The position numbers and the translations under genes were made by a program. Shown piece after piece: positions 1 through 14,104 of a stretch of 64,000 nt of DNA; the first letter of the stretch is position 1; each line of letters begins with the position of its first letter. The DNA comes from Rhizodiscina lignyota. Its lineage: Eukaryota. The stretch spans positions 558,001-622,000 of the forward strand of contig ML978121.1 of NCBI GenBank assembly GCA_010015805.1. The letters run 5' to 3'. A model generated the notes under the pieces. The model had not been told where the DNA came from, did no database searches, and was given only the letters and a program-made list of their open reading frames with translations.

Positions 1-437
1 TCGCGGGGCTGGCGATGGCGTACGCGGCCATCGTGCAGCACATCATCTACACCAAGCCGCCGTGCTACTCCGCCCCCCTCTGCGACGCGTCCCTGGACGC
101 GAGCGGCGTCGCGCAGGGCAACAACGTGCACATTGCCATCCAGGCGCCGGCATACATGCTGATCGGGATCAGCGAGGTGTTTGCGAGCGTGACGGGGCTG
201 GAGTACGCGTACACGAAGGCGCCGCCGAGCATGAAGAGCTTCGTGCAGAGCATGTATCTGCTGACGAATGCGTTTGGGAGTGCGATTGGCGAGGCGTTGG
301 TGCCGGTGTTGGTGGATCCGAAGGTGCTGTGGATGTATGTCGGGCTGGCATTTACGAGCTTTATTACTGGCTGCGTTGTGTGGTTGTTGTTCCATAAGTA
401 CAACAAGACGGAGGAAGAACTTAATGCTCTGGGGTAG
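1..437 (+). CDS. PTR2: POT/PTR2-family di/tripeptide transporter, 3' part only (runs off the window start)
   Basis: VHIAIQAPAYMLIGISEVFASVTGLEYAYTKAPPSMKSFVQS is the characteristic PTR2 C-terminal motif; hydrophobic helices; frame is open upstream of ATG 15. Confidence 0.9.
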   Translation, partial: AGLAMAYAAIVQHIIYTKPPCYSAPLCDASLDASGVAQGNNVHIAIQAPAYMLIGISEVFASVTGLEYAYTKAPPSMKSFVQSMYLLTNAFGSAIGEALVPVLVDPKVLWMYVGLAFTSFITGCVVWLLFHKYNKTEEELNALG

Positions 438-821
438 AAAAGGCGTTTGATGGACGCTGGCAAGAAGGAAACGAAATACTGGACATGACTACAATAGCAG
501 AGAATATCAATTCTTCGGCATGACTTACCGTAACAGAGACGCATCTGGGTGTTAACTCATGTGTGCCAAAAGGCGATCCCTACGGTCGCTTTGGACAGTG
601 GTGTCGGGAAACAGTCACGGTGTCAAAACTGGACAATTGGAACATGTGTTTTGGAGGTAGAAAACCTCAGCCCGTAGGCGTGATCATTTCATTGAATGAA
701 GCGATAAGCATGATGCAAGCTATATGCAAGTCCGTCCCAGCCTCATCATGATCCCATCATAATTCCGTTGAGGCGCCAAAATGCAGTGTGAAGAGAAGAA
801 GAAACCCGCCAGAAATCGCAT

Positions 822-1854
<1,033 letters not shown>

Positions 1855-1985
1855 GGTGCTGGTGTATGTGTGTGAGGCTCTGAAGAGGTTTAAGTGTGGA
1901 TATGGTATGTGGGCTTTGAAGCTCAGAGTTTTGCGAGTGGAAGGTGAGTTGTAGGAAGGAGGGTGGGAGCAGGTAGTGCTGAGGA

Positions 1986-1992
1986 TTATATA
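1986..1992 (-). promoter_or_regulatory. Probable TATA box of UBI4
   Basis: TATATAA on the minus strand about 135 nt upstream of the ATG. Confidence 0.5.
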
Positions 1993-2088
1993 CCGCTGGG
2001 CGCGTGTGGCAGGCAGTCGCCTCAGGCGAGGGTCCGTGCGCGCGGTGTTGATTGGGTGAGTAATTGCTGCGGGGAGCGGCGGCAGTGC

Positions 2089-2108
2089 AGAAGCTTGGAG
2101 AAGGTTCG
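2089..2108. promoter_or_regulatory. Heat-shock element (HSF site) upstream of UBI4
   Basis: aGAAgcTTGgaGAAggTTCg is four alternating nGAAn units with one mismatch, about 240 nt upstream of the ATG; yeast UBI4 is a known HSF target. Confidence 0.55.
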
Positions 2109-2729
2109 GCACAAGCAGCCGCTACGAGGTTTGCCCGTCAAGTGACAAGGCGCTGAGGCAGGAATTACTAGCCTTTCTGCTTATGCTTGCTCCAGCTGGA
2201 GATGCTTATTGATATGACTGCAGAGGCTGGCACAACGTTTAATAACGGTGTTGCTGCAACCGCCTCCGCTTTCGGCGACGAGTCCAAGCGTTTATCGGTG
2301 ACGTAGGTGGGTTTGCAGCGAGCCTCAGCCGGAGCACAAGCCAAGTTCCTTCATCAAACTCAAGGTTGACTTGGCGCCACACCTGGGGAATGGCCAGAGG
2401 TTGGCTGTGTCACTAACTACTGGCAACAACTGTCAGGAACGCCTCCACCACCTTCTGTTTGAAGCAAATATGGAGGCGGGAAATGTGCATCGCGCGAGGC
2501 CCAGACCAGATAAGGTATGCAGGGGCTTGGAGAGCCGCCTCATGCCCATTAGTTCCCTTCGCCACGGAACCTTGGAAGCTAACGTGCGCATTTACTCAGC
2601 CCTTTGGACCATGGGGAATTTGAGTATCAACTTGACCGATTTGATTTCCAACGCCAGATGCTATGCTATGGGTATCTCGAATGCAATTCCAATCGCTCAA
2701 ATGCCGTCACGAGTCGTATCATTCCACCG

Positions 2730-4886
2730 TCACTTCTTGCCTTTGCCTTTTCTCTTCTTGCTTGCCTCCTGAACGGGCACCTCCACCTTGCCATCCTCGA
2801 TCTCTTCTCCGCCTTCCTCAAGTTGTTTCAGCTTGGCACTTCCACTGATGAAGAAGCTGAGGTCGCGGTTCTGCTCTTCCAGATCCCTCTTCTCTCCTTC
2901 CAGCTTGGAGACCTTTTCATCAGCCTCCTTCACTTTCCCCTCCATGAAATTAATCCTCTTCACCAAGCCTTCCCCGACACTCTTCTCTTCCTGCCAGTCC
3001 TTTGTCATCTTGCGAGCTAGCTGCTCCGCTTTCTCTGCCCTTCGTTCTGCCCGCTGGACTGCCTTCTCTAAGCTTGCGATGGCTACCTGGGCGCTGCTAT
3101 AGTTGGTGTGCAGCCGCTCCAGCTGGTCTGATAGGTCCTCTGCAACTCTGCTAGCCTTCTCTGCCGCTGCGGTTGCGATAGAAGCTTTGTCTACGGCACG
3201 GTCGAGTTGCTCTTCAAAGTATGTCCTTTGGCTGTCTAGCTGGCTCGTCAAAAGATACGCATATTCCATGCCCATGTTGTCCAGCTTCTCTCTTGGCACA
3301 GAGTCGCTGTTGTAGGCTGTCATGCCGCCAGCGGCGCCAGCAGCATCGCCCATCTTCCCGTCTCCCTTCGTGGAGATGAGTCTGTGAACATATCCGTCTC
3401 CAGCATAGTCCCAAACGTGTTGCGTGGCTATGTCCATGGCATAGCTGTGACTCGTGGCTTCATAGTGAGCAAATGCATGTGCTGAATCGTAACGACCGCA
3501 TCCAACATTGCCGCAGATTAGGCATACCCAAAGATTTGCAGCGGAGCCGCAGACGCTGCACCCAACATCTTCTTCATCTTCGCCGCTGGCAAGACGGCCC
3601 AGAAGGGTATCATTTTGAGTGTATCGACACACAGGGCACCCACTGCCATGCCATTTCTCCAAGCAGTTGCAATGAAATACGTGCTGACACAGGATCGTGA
3701 GGAGGCCAGTCGACTCATCCATGCGCTCCAAGCAGACCGGGCATGTCGGAAGCTCAATCAGAGCTGGAGTCGGAGGCGCAAGCGCCTTTATTGCTCCAAC
3801 ACCCGGCGCAAGGGGCGCGCTTGGATTCGGGTATGCGGAAGGTGTAAAGGGGTCGTTCGTCATAGTGGGAAAGCTGGATGGGCTGCCCTGGGCGTCCGGA
3901 GAGGGAAACTCGATGGATTTGACGAATACAACATGGCAGTTTTCTGGCTAATAACAACGTTAGTATGATCTGGCAGAGCTGGGGGATACTTGAATTTGGG
4001 AGCATACCTCCATGCTGTTGAAATGTTTCCCATTCCATTCCTTTTGCCACGCTTTTGCTTTCTTCGCTTCGCGAAACTTCATCAACACCATGTATTTATT
4101 GGCCCTAGCGGTGCGTATCAATCGAAAGTGGCTAACTTCCTCCCTGGTCTGCTCTCCCACAAAGCCCAAGAAGTCGGAAGGTGTCATATATGAAGGTACG
4201 GCGAGAATGCAGAGTGTCGTGCATTCATTTTCGTTGAAGGCAGGTGTATCGGCGCCGTTTGCGCTGTCAGAACCGGTAGTGGAAGAGCTGTCGTCGTACA
4301 GTCCAGGCGTTTCTTTAGCATCACGATAGAGGTGCACAACTCCCCAGCCAAGCTCTGTGTTCTTTGGATCTGAAGGCACAAACTTGCCTCTAGTAGCCAT
4401 GCCTCCGGTATGAGCATTCTGCCCGGCTGATTTGCCACGAGGTCTTCCAAGGTCTGCCCCCTCTTTCTTTTCTTCCATGTTGATGCTCTGGACGGAGACT
4501 CTACCAAACCGCCAGTCTTTGGGTGCGTCCGTAGTTCGGGGCGTTAAATTTGTAGGAGAAACGACGTTGTCGGGAACAGGTCTTCGACGAAAGTCACCCG
4601 ATGATATAGAAGCAGTTCGGCCTAAGGCGGGTCTTTGAATCTCGGAATGCGCTGCGCCTCGTGTGCTCGTGGTTATCGTATTCGATCGACGATGTCCTTT
4701 CTTTTTCGATGCAACCTCAGACCAGCTAGAGATACGGTGAGTCGGGAGGGAGGAGGTGAAGATGTCTGTATGTGGCGGCGGAATGTGAATGCTTGAGTCT
4801 TGAGAAGTAGAAGAGATCGCCGCTTCCGGATCGTTTGGAGGATGAGGGTAGAGCTCAAGCGCAAGATGATAGAAGTATGATGGCAT
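2730..4886 (-). CDS. ETP1: BRAP2/ETP1-type RING + zf-UBP E3 ubiquitin ligase; exons 4886-4008, 3947-2730
   Basis: BRAP2 domain (LCILAVPSYMTPSDFLGFVG...YMVLMKF), RING CPVCLERMD..CQHVFHCNC..CPVC, zf-UBP LWVCLICGNVGCGRY..VWDYAGDGYVHRL, C-terminal coiled coil. Intron 4007-3948 joins NSME to PENCHVVFV. Confidence 0.92.
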
Positions 4887-5843
4887 CTGGCCTGCCGCTG
4901 CCTATCATCCTTCTTTCACGTTTGTGGGAGAGATGCTGGAGGTTGTAATGATTTCGGTGGCTAATCTTCAACTTCCACTTTCCTGGAGTTTGAATGATGG
5001 CATTTGATATGCGCTAGGCCGATAAAGGTGTAATATTACCATACTTGGCGCCAAGATTCGTCCCATCTTTCTAGCTAGAGAAGGATGGAGAGACACCACC
5101 TTGAACGTCACCGACAACATTTGAGGAGTCAAGTCATCAAGTGAGCATAAACATTTTCCTATTCATCAGTATTTGCAAATTCACAATTTTTGAATCAATT
5201 GCTCAGCGTTTTTGCGGCAACTTGAGAACTCCTCTGAATATCGGAAGGTCGGAGAACCCCAGCGTCCCGACGCCGATCTCAGTCCTCAATATCAGACGCA
5301 AATCCAACTGGGATGTCAACACCAACGTCGAACGCGTGGACATTGCTCTTGGCAGCGTTATGAGCCCTACCAAAGTTCTTTCTATCGCCAATTATCGTCA
5401 AACTTTTACTGACGGCGCCTTCGGAGCCATCAACGGACCCAGTTATACATTGTAGATCCTCGAAGTCGGACGTCGGATCCCCGCCCTGTCTCTAGGTCGT
5501 CTGAGCCTTCACACCTGCAGTGAAACTCCTTGCTTGCTTGAAATCATTCGCGGCTGAGGGCAAGTTGAGGCTTGCTGGCTCTTAGACCGAGCCCTGTTGC
5601 GTCATTGTTCCGATGATAGACACTTCGGACGCCTATATGCGCCATGAAACGGGCCCCCACGGCGTACATGCTGCGGTGGATATATTGACGGTTGAACCGA
5701 CAATTTTCTACTTTCTTGAAGCTGTGATTATTATATTGGCATTTCCATATCATTTGCTGATGCTCCCGAGCGCCTTGAACTGTGTTCATCTCTCGAACTC
5801 TGAGTAGTTTCCGTATTCTAATCGTCAAATCTTATCTTTCACA

Positions 5844-6835
5844 ATGGATACACTTATCACAGCGACTATTCTTGGTCTTGGTAAGTCACCTTTTGCACGC
5901 TTTTTCTTACAATTCTAATCCTTGTGAAGCAACCTCAGTATCCGCCCAATTTGGATCTGGCGGATACGGTGGTTTCAGCAGTGGCTCTGGCTATGGGTCT
6001 GGTTCCGGATCGGATTCGAATCCATTCAGTAGCAGCAGCGGGAGTGGAAGTGGAGATAATGATGGGAACGGTGGCTTCAGCATCGCCTCGGAGTTCGCAG
6101 GCTTCGACCTTCAAAAGGCACAAACTTATCGCCTAGCCCATGGAGTAATGGCATCTCTAGCATTCGTGTTTTTCTTCCCTGCCGGTGCAATCAGCATCAG
6201 AATAATCCCAAGTCGCGCCGCAATCTGGATCCACGCTGCGTTTCAGTTGCTGGCGTACGTACTCTACATCGCGGCTTTCGCTCTTGGGGTCTGGCTTGTA
6301 CAAGAGGTGAAGTTCAGTAGTTTCAACTTGGTATGATACATTCACCAACTATTGTAAGAGCACTTGCTAACATCGAGAGCAGCTAAGCAATAATGCCGTC
6401 AACTATCATCCAATCATTGGCATTGTTGTCTTTGTATTCCTCTTCTTCCAACCAATCCTGGGTGTCATGCACCACATTATGTTCAAGAAGTACCAGCGTC
6501 GACAGGTCTGGTCCTACGCCCATCTCTGGCTCGGCCGTATTCTGATCACTCTCGGCATCATTAACGGTGGGCTTGGACTCCGTCTTGCCGACAACACGAA
6601 ATCCGGCGAGATCGCGTACGGTGTCGTCGCTGGCATCATCTGGCTCATCTGGATGGCAGCTGCTGTGTATGGTGAGCTTAAGCGAGCCAGGGCGCAGAGG
6701 CAGATACAAGAAGTTGCTCCGCGGAGAAAAGAGAGGGCATATAGCAGTGAGGAGGAGGCGATTGCCGGTGTTGACTCGACAGGTGCATATGCGCCAGCTC
6801 ATGCACCTCCGATGGACCCTCTTGCCTACAGATAA
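5844..6835 (+). CDS. Cytochrome b561-like integral membrane protein with signal peptide and Gly/Ser-rich N-terminus; exons 5844-5880, 5930-6330, 6383-6835
   Basis: Spliced N-terminus MDTLITATILGLATSVSAQ looks like a signal peptide; four heme-type His in TM helices (AHGVMA, WIHAAFQ, YHPIIG, AHLWLGR); canonical introns. Confidence 0.8.
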
Positions 6836-7060
6836 TGTTCTCATCGAACAAAATTGGGGAATGATTTGCGGCAACTACATTTCGAGAGGTACTAGTGAGG
6901 CGTTGGGTAACGGAACAAAGGTAAACTCATAATGCACTTCGCTAGCAACGGGTAGCTAAAGCAAAACGAGAATAATATATCCAATCTAACACCCCTTACT
7001 GTTTCCGAATCCCACACCACATATACATCTTCACATGCAGATGTTCCTTTCCCATCTTTT

Positions 7061-7451
7061 TCAAGCTTGATTCGCCCACCTGAACGCCGGAACGACATCG
7101 TAATACCCAACCTGCTTCTCTTTGACTAACAACGGCCCCATCTTCGGGAAGTATTCGGCGAAGTAAGGTTTCGCGAGTTGCTCCTGTTATCATAAATCAA
7201 TTACATCGCTGTCCACACTCAATGGAAGAATCTCAATGAAATATACCAACCTCCTCGAGGTATTTCCTGTCCTTATTGTACGTCTCCACCAGTGTCACCT
7301 CGCCCGGCGTGTCTTGCGACGTGAAAACTTCCAATGAAAGACAATGCGGCTCGGCAGCGGCCTTCTCGCCCAACTGTTTGATGAGATCGAGGAATTCGGT
7401 GAGGTTCTCGGGAGCGCATGTTAGCGTGACGTGGACGGATATGAGCACCAT
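7061..7451 (-). CDS. ABM/Dabb-family (antibiotic biosynthesis monooxygenase-like) small protein, about 107 aa; exons 7451-7251, 7183-7061
   Basis: VHVTLTCAPENLTEFL...AAAEPHCLSLEVF...PGEVTLVETY pattern; intron GTTGGT..CAG leads into EQLAKPYFAEYFPKMGPLL. Confidence 0.75.
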
Positions 7452-8255
7452 CTTGAGTTGAAAGGGCCAAGGAGCAATGGCAGCGAAAAGGTAGGAAAAT
7501 GCTAGAGAAAAGAGACGGAGATATTAATAATGGAGCGAGACTATCGTCGGCAATAGGAGACTATTTTAATGGTTCCGACGGAGGTACAGAAGGCAATTCA
7601 GAGTTACGGAATGCATGCCTCTTTGAGCATTATGATTATTAGAAAGCAGAAACTCAAGAAATAAGCTTACTCCTACTTCCTTAGGCCCTCGCTGGATATT
7701 TCCCAGGTTGGTACGGATGCGAGAAAGCTGAAAAGCAACCCCTTGGTTACATGCTTACATAACTGGAGAGTCGGCGAGACATTGATGGAGTACGGGAAGT
7801 TAATGTGGTGTGTCTGACTTGGCTGCTGTCGGTATTATTTGCCCCAAGAGGATTTAGCCAATCAAGGCGAGGCATACACACACGATAACTTCCTTATACA
7901 GCACCCAATCATGATGCAAGTGGTGCCGTAGCAAGGACAAAGTTGTCCTCGGGGAAAAGTCACTGCCTTAGTAGAGAAGGGATAGTTGTCTTTGTGGTCT
8001 CGAATGAAGGGCGTACCTATAAAAAAGATGCATTTAGTGCTATGCGGCAGCATAGCAGTGAAGATGAGGTTGTAGGCATCCTATTATGTATTTCCGCTTT
8101 CTAATCTGCGCACTCAGGGCCCGATGAAACTGAGCGGTGACTAAGCAATCCCGGTCTTCAATGTTGGCCTTTAGCTGCATCAAAGTAAACGACTTCCTAG
8201 CCCAGAGTTGATCGTACTCCGCCTGATCTTCCGCTCCATATGTAAACCCAGGATA

Positions 8256-9104
8256 ATGTCATCGCAGGAATCCAATTCCAAGCAACCAAATCTAGAAATC
8301 TCCTACACCCGTCTCTCACCCTCGCCGCACCCCAATGGCAAGGATTCTTCGCACCACGCGCCCATCGTCTTCCTCCATGGCCTCGAATTGTGCTATATAG
8401 AATTCTCCCGCACCACACCCTTCCTCTCCAAGGACTACGAACTCATCCTCGTCGACCTGCCAGGGCACTCTAGGTCCAGGGACATCCCATTCACCCTCGA
8501 CAACGCCATCGATGCGCTCTCCCATCTCATCTCGACCAAAGTCGCAGGCGGCAGGGCCCACATCGTCGGCATGTCACTGGGCGGCGTCGTAGGGTTGCAG
8601 TTAGCGCGACGGCGTCCGGAGCTGGTGCTCAGTCTCTTCTGCACCGGGTGCGCGCCGCCCAGCGGGTTCAGGCGATGGGTCATGTCTCGACCAGGCCTCC
8701 TGGGCGGGGTCGAGATCGTGTTGGGCAAGTTCGCCACCGACGCCATGTTTTGGCTCTCCCTCGGCGTGGAAGCGGTGCCGGAGCTCAGAGAGGAGTTTCG
8801 AGAGAATCAGTCCATGGAACTGCTGAGGGCGGGGTACTCTGCCTGTACTGCGGTGACATTGGAGGACCTTGCTGAGATTCGGGGTGTGAGAGTCGCTATC
8901 GTAGCCGGCGGGAAGCGTGATAGTGTTGAGCAGACGAGGGAAGTTGGGAGGATGCTCAAGAGCAAGGATCAGGAGTGCGAGGCATTTGTAGTCAGAGACG
9001 CAGTTCACTTGTGGGACTTGCAATTTCCAGAATTATTCGCCCAAGGCGTGAGAGCCTGGGTCGATAGAAGTGAGATGCCAAAGGAGTTTGAAGTGCTGAA
9101 ATGA
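8256..9104 (+). CDS. Alpha/beta-fold hydrolase (Abhydrolase_6-like), intronless
   Basis: VFLHG, VDLPGHS, nucleophile elbow GMSLGG, C-terminal His in DAVHLW. Confidence 0.88.
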   Translation: MSSQESNSKQPNLEISYTRLSPSPHPNGKDSSHHAPIVFLHGLELCYIEFSRTTPFLSKDYELILVDLPGHSRSRDIPFTLDNAIDALSHLISTKVAGGRAHIVGMSLGGVVGLQLARRRPELVLSLFCTGCAPPSGFRRWVMSRPGLLGGVEIVLGKFATDAMFWLSLGVEAVPELREEFRENQSMELLRAGYSACTAVTLEDLAEIRGVRVAIVAGGKRDSVEQTREVGRMLKSKDQECEAFVVRDAVHLWDLQFPELFAQGVRAWVDRSEMPKEFEVLK

Positions 9105-9628
9105 CAGGTGAGGATCTATAAAAGGTAAAGGTAGGGTTATATTGATTGATCGACTTTCCTTGCGACCTAATTATTATCTACACGCACACCAGCTCTTTGT
9201 AAGATACCACCTGGTCGCGATAGACTGCCTTTAGTGGCCAAATATAAGAAAATGCAACAAAGCCAATGGTGATACTTGACCAGCACATGTGATTAGAGGT
9301 TTGCTGTCAGAAGGACAGGCCCTCAAAAGGAAGCTTCAAAGAAGGTCAATGTGTTCGGTTATAGGGTGTGTCCGGCGACCTAGGGACGGATGTTAGTGGA
9401 TTAATAACGAGAGATGAGGAAACAGAGACCGCTGGAATTTTAGCGGTCTTTAAGATCCATTAAAATCTCCTAGTTTTGATCGTACTACATATGGCGTCCC
9501 TCCATGCCCCAAAGATCCAACGCCATATTCATTCCATTCCAATATGTTCGTTTCGGGTATATAACGTTCCGGAAATCGAGTCGCTGGCATCTAGCCTGGT
9601 GCCCAAAAAAACCCCTGATACAGTTCCC

Positions 9629-12600
9629 TTACTCCTGTAATCCCTCATCCCATCCTCCGGATTGGACCAAATAACGTTCAACTCTCTGCCTACATCCGTG
9701 GAGGGCGTCGCCGAGGCCCTCTTTCCACTGCCCGTCCACGATTCGCACCTTGTCTTTCAAATCAGCTGTGAGCCTCTCCTCTTCCATCCTTCTGACCTCC
9801 TCCATCTCTTCTCTGACACTATGCTCTCCTTCACCAGCCGCAACCCGCTCGCTCTCCATAACTTTACTGCCTGCCACCATGACCGAACTTTTCACCTCAT
9901 GCAGTAAGCAAAGCAAATTCGTCTGACTCTCAATAAACTGATAAGCGCTCTTCTCAGCATGCGCAAGCAGCGTGTACAGATACTGCAGCGGGTGGTCAAT
10001 ATAGCTCGGGTTCTCGTCGAACTCCATCGGCGGGATAAGAAGGTCAGGCCGCTCGCGGCGCAAATCCAACGGGATCTTCTGCACTACACCAAGGAGGCCT
10101 GGTGCGATGTCCCAGAAGGCGCCGAGTAGATCCTCTACACCACGCGTAACATTCTCTTCGACAACATCCATTAGCTGCTCCACGCGTTTGAGGTTCTCTT
10201 TCTCAAGATTTCCACGTCGCTCTTTCTCGTCGTGCTCGAAGAATTGCTCTGCATCGACAGCTTTGTCTTCTTGACCTGCTGCTCGGTACGGTAAGACGAC
10301 GAGTGCCTTGTACATCTCGTTTCGTTCGCTTTCGAGGCTGAAAAGCTCCCTGTGCGCTGTCTCACGAGCCTCGGACAGCCATTTGAGCAGAGTCAGCTTT
10401 TCAAGAAGCTCCGGTCGCTCATCGCCTTCCTCCTGCGCTTGATTAGGATTGCTATGCCGTGAGGCGTCAAGCGCACTGCGGAGATGGTCAATTGCCGCTG
10501 TAGATTTTGTGATCCGCTCGCTGAGTAACGCATGCAAAGGCGACATCACCTCTGCACAATATGCATCATACTCCATTTTCAGACCATCGCGCATGCGCTT
10601 GGGTTCGTCAGCTTCGAACGAGCTTTCAGCTTGAGCTGCCGCAGCATAGCCCATGCTACCCGACTGTACTCTGGATTGGATATCTGCCCGCATTCGTTCG
10701 CGTCGTGCAGTAGCATCCATTCGATGCTGCTCACGAATCTGAGAGAGCTTTTCGGAAAATAAGGATTTGACCTCTTCCACCTGTGCAAGATCGGCACAGG
10801 AACGGTGCGTATTCCGGATAGGAGCGAGGTCTGGGTGATTGTTGTTGACTGCTGGGTGATGGCGGGGATACGGTGGAGGAAGCGTAACCAAGCGAGATAC
10901 GTCAAGCTTATAAGGGTCTGGAGTGGCCGGAGCAGAGTGGTTCCAGTAAGGATATTTTGGAGTAAGCTGTTGCTGGGCGTCATGGAGACCAGTCTTCTCC
11001 GGCGGGTATTCGTTCGGTCCATAATACGTTGGTGGTCCTTGCCCTGATGAACCTGGGCCTGGTGTACTACCGAATGCGCTGGGCGTACTGCCACTGTCAT
11101 GCGGAGTTCCTGGTCCATCATTTTCCAATTGAATGAGATGCTCCACTGGAACGCCCATGTACTTTGATTCCCGTTTCGACCGCTCGATCTTTCGACCACC
11201 ACGCCCTTGAGAGCCACCTTCAATACTCGCTTCCCACCATCTACTCTGCGTCCGTCCCCGAGAATCCTCCTCATCAGGTACAGTGCTCATCGCCATGCTG
11301 GGTATTGGCGAAAGGCATGGCTTATAACCTCCAGCTCTTATGGGAGCATCCTCTCCTCGGCCACGGCCTTGACTTGTGGTGCTCATAGGTGACTCCATGT
11401 CGGTTCTCGGGGTGTAATTCGCAGAAGAGACCTCGGGGCTCGATGGGATATTCTGCGACTCTACGGACGAAGCAGTCATTGTTCTCGTCAACTTCGCACC
11501 GTCAGACGCCGCTGCTGGTGTTGTAACAGGCGTAGCAGAGCGCCTTCCGCTACCATACGATCTCCAAAGATCGCGTGTAAGGTCGAAGATATCTCCAGCC
11601 ATGCTGTCGAAAGCAGCAGAATATCTGTCTCGCCGGAGCCTCGACTCTGCCACGACGAATTCCGCAAATATTTCTAGTCGCTCTCGATCGTCCTTTGCCG
11701 CTGCTTCTCTGTCCACAAATGCTCTGTGCCGCTCGACTGAGGATTGGATGAATAGGTCTTGTTCACTTACTTTCGGCGTCATCGATTTTGCAGATCCAAT
11801 TGGAACCAGAGGTGCAGGCATCGCGCTATTGTCCTCATTCGGCGAGTGGAAGAGGTGTGAGATGGGTCGTTCTGAAGACGAGGAATGAACACCGAGATTC
11901 GAGCCTGGTCGGAAATATTCTTCACTGTTTCGCTGTGGTGGCGTTGGAAGAGCCATCGGTGGCATCGCGGGAGATTTTCCTCTCGCTCGACTTCCCTCTC
12001 TGCCTTCGACAATAGGAGAAAATGGAGGAGTATCGGTTAGATGACTTCCAGGAGCTAGACTGCGGCTGCCGTCATGCTTGTGCTTGCTCTGCGACGGAGT
12101 TGACGCCTCTCCAAAAGGCTTTGTCGACGGCGAGCCACGTTCTTGTCCTTGGGTGGCGATTTTCGCAACACTGACCTTCCGTCTCCGTGTCAATGGAGAT
12201 GCAAGATCAAGATTTGCGGGTTTGGCGGGCCCCGAGGCATCGACTTCCTGGGGCCAAGGACTATTGCTGGGTTCGACAGCGCTCCCCACCTCTTGTGCCC
12301 TCTCACGAGCGGCTCTGCTCTCACTGCGTCGTTCACGAATGCCTCTTGCGCTTGCGTCTCTCTTTGCGTGTTGCCTCGAGAGGCTGGTGGTCGAGGTAGC
12401 GGATGCTGTCGAGACTTGAGCTGATTGCGAATCCTGCGTGAAACCCGAATGAGTAGATGCAGTCTCTTCTGTGATATTTTCGACTGGAATTGGACGAGAA
12501 CTGTTGTTGTTCCCGACCGTAGTGTCAACAAATAGTCTCCCTGACGGGGATCGATTATGTGAGACGTGTTGCGGCGCTGGTGTTTCAACCCAATCAGCCG

Positions 12601-14104
12601 GAGTAGGTGGGACGGGACCAAGCTGGGTTCCTCTTTGAGGCGGCCGACGTGGAGCAGGTTCTCTGATTGGCGGTGTATTCTCTCGAGAAGAAGTATATGA
12701 TCGATCGGATGTCCTGCTCATGCTTTGGGATCGAGCACTGTTTGGGGGTGGAGGTCCAGGCGGGGGTGGAGGAAGGGGCATACCAGGGTGCCATCCACTT
12801 GGTGGGCCGGGTGATTCGCTTTGCTCAGGTGTCTGTCTCGCGTTTACCATTACCCCAATTCCACCAGTTGAAGCGCATCGTCGCGCTGCAGGTGGACGTG
12901 CATTGAAATCCGCCTCTGGTGAGTTATAGTTCGACGGCGAAGTCACCGTGTTACTACATAAGGTTAGAAAATTGTCATAGCCAGTAGCTAGACAAAAACA
13001 GCACTTACATTTGTGGTGGTGGATTATGCCTCGCCAGAGCCTCAGATGTGTTGTAGCGAAGAGAATCTATGGCGTTAGGTGCTGGGGCTTGCTCTACTAC
13101 CCTATTGCGCGAAGCTAAGGCAGACAATCCGCTGAGAAGTGATCGCCCGTCTGGTCTATTTCGTGATACAGACCTCTCCCTACCTCCTCGCGAAGGGGGT
13201 GGAGGGAAAGCAGGCGGAGTGCTTCCTCGAGGGGAGTCGTTCGAAGCTACACTGATTCGATTGTGATCGAAAGGGCTCATACCACCAACAGGTGAGACAA
13301 TATTCGACGCATTACTAGGGCTTGTGACATCTCGAAAAGAGTTCTGTGAGGACGGTTGGCTTGGGGCAAAGGCCGCATTAGACATGATTGGCGATGAAAT
13401 GTTATGTGCTTGAGGAACAGTAGGAGAGTATGGCGGTGGTGGAGAAGGCATATTCGCAGCTATGAATACAAGTATCGTCAGCCATGTACTCTTTAACAAG
13501 ATTCACAAAAAGATGTCAGAAATAGACATTGATAAGCGCCAAGGCTGTCTTCAATATGATTTTCGACGAGCCATCAGACGAGATGAAAGGCAGCAGAGGC
13601 ACGGAGTACAGAAGTAGAGCAATTCTTACCCTCCATGCCAGTGATCTCCACCGTCCGCACTGCTGCTTGCGGAGGAGGAGAGGCATATGGGACATACGAG
13701 CCCGCAACCGAACCACTTCGACTCCATTCCGACGGATTGTAGGGTGCAACTATCGTCGATGCGGTCCGCAAAGCCATTGGAGACTGCGGTGCTCGCGGCG
13801 TCGTCGCAGTGACTGGCGAAGCTGTGGGAGCATACGGAGAGAAAGGTGGGACGCTCAAGTTGGGAGCAGATACTGCTGAGCTGGGCGTCTGCGCCGTATG
13901 TACGGAGAGGAGAGGAGAGCCAGGCGTCGGGCTCAGAGTAGTAGTGATCGTAGGCAGAGCGTGGATAGGACCAACGCGGCGCCGCGGGCCTATGCCTGGG
14001 ATGCGGGACCGGGAGGGAGAATATTGAGCGTTTGATGGATGCGTGCCAGGAGGGGGAGCAGGAGGAGGTGGAGGCGCGAAGCCATATTGTGAGGAGGCCA
14101 TCAC
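9629..14104 (-). CDS. Large (about 1400 aa) Pro/Ser-rich fungal protein of unknown function with helical C-terminal region; exons 14104-13630, 13459-13009, 12953-9629
   Basis: Three ORF blocks join in frame through introns 13629-13460 and 13008-12954; 1105-codon terminal ORF; low-complexity N-terminal half and helical C-terminal half. Confidence 0.8.
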
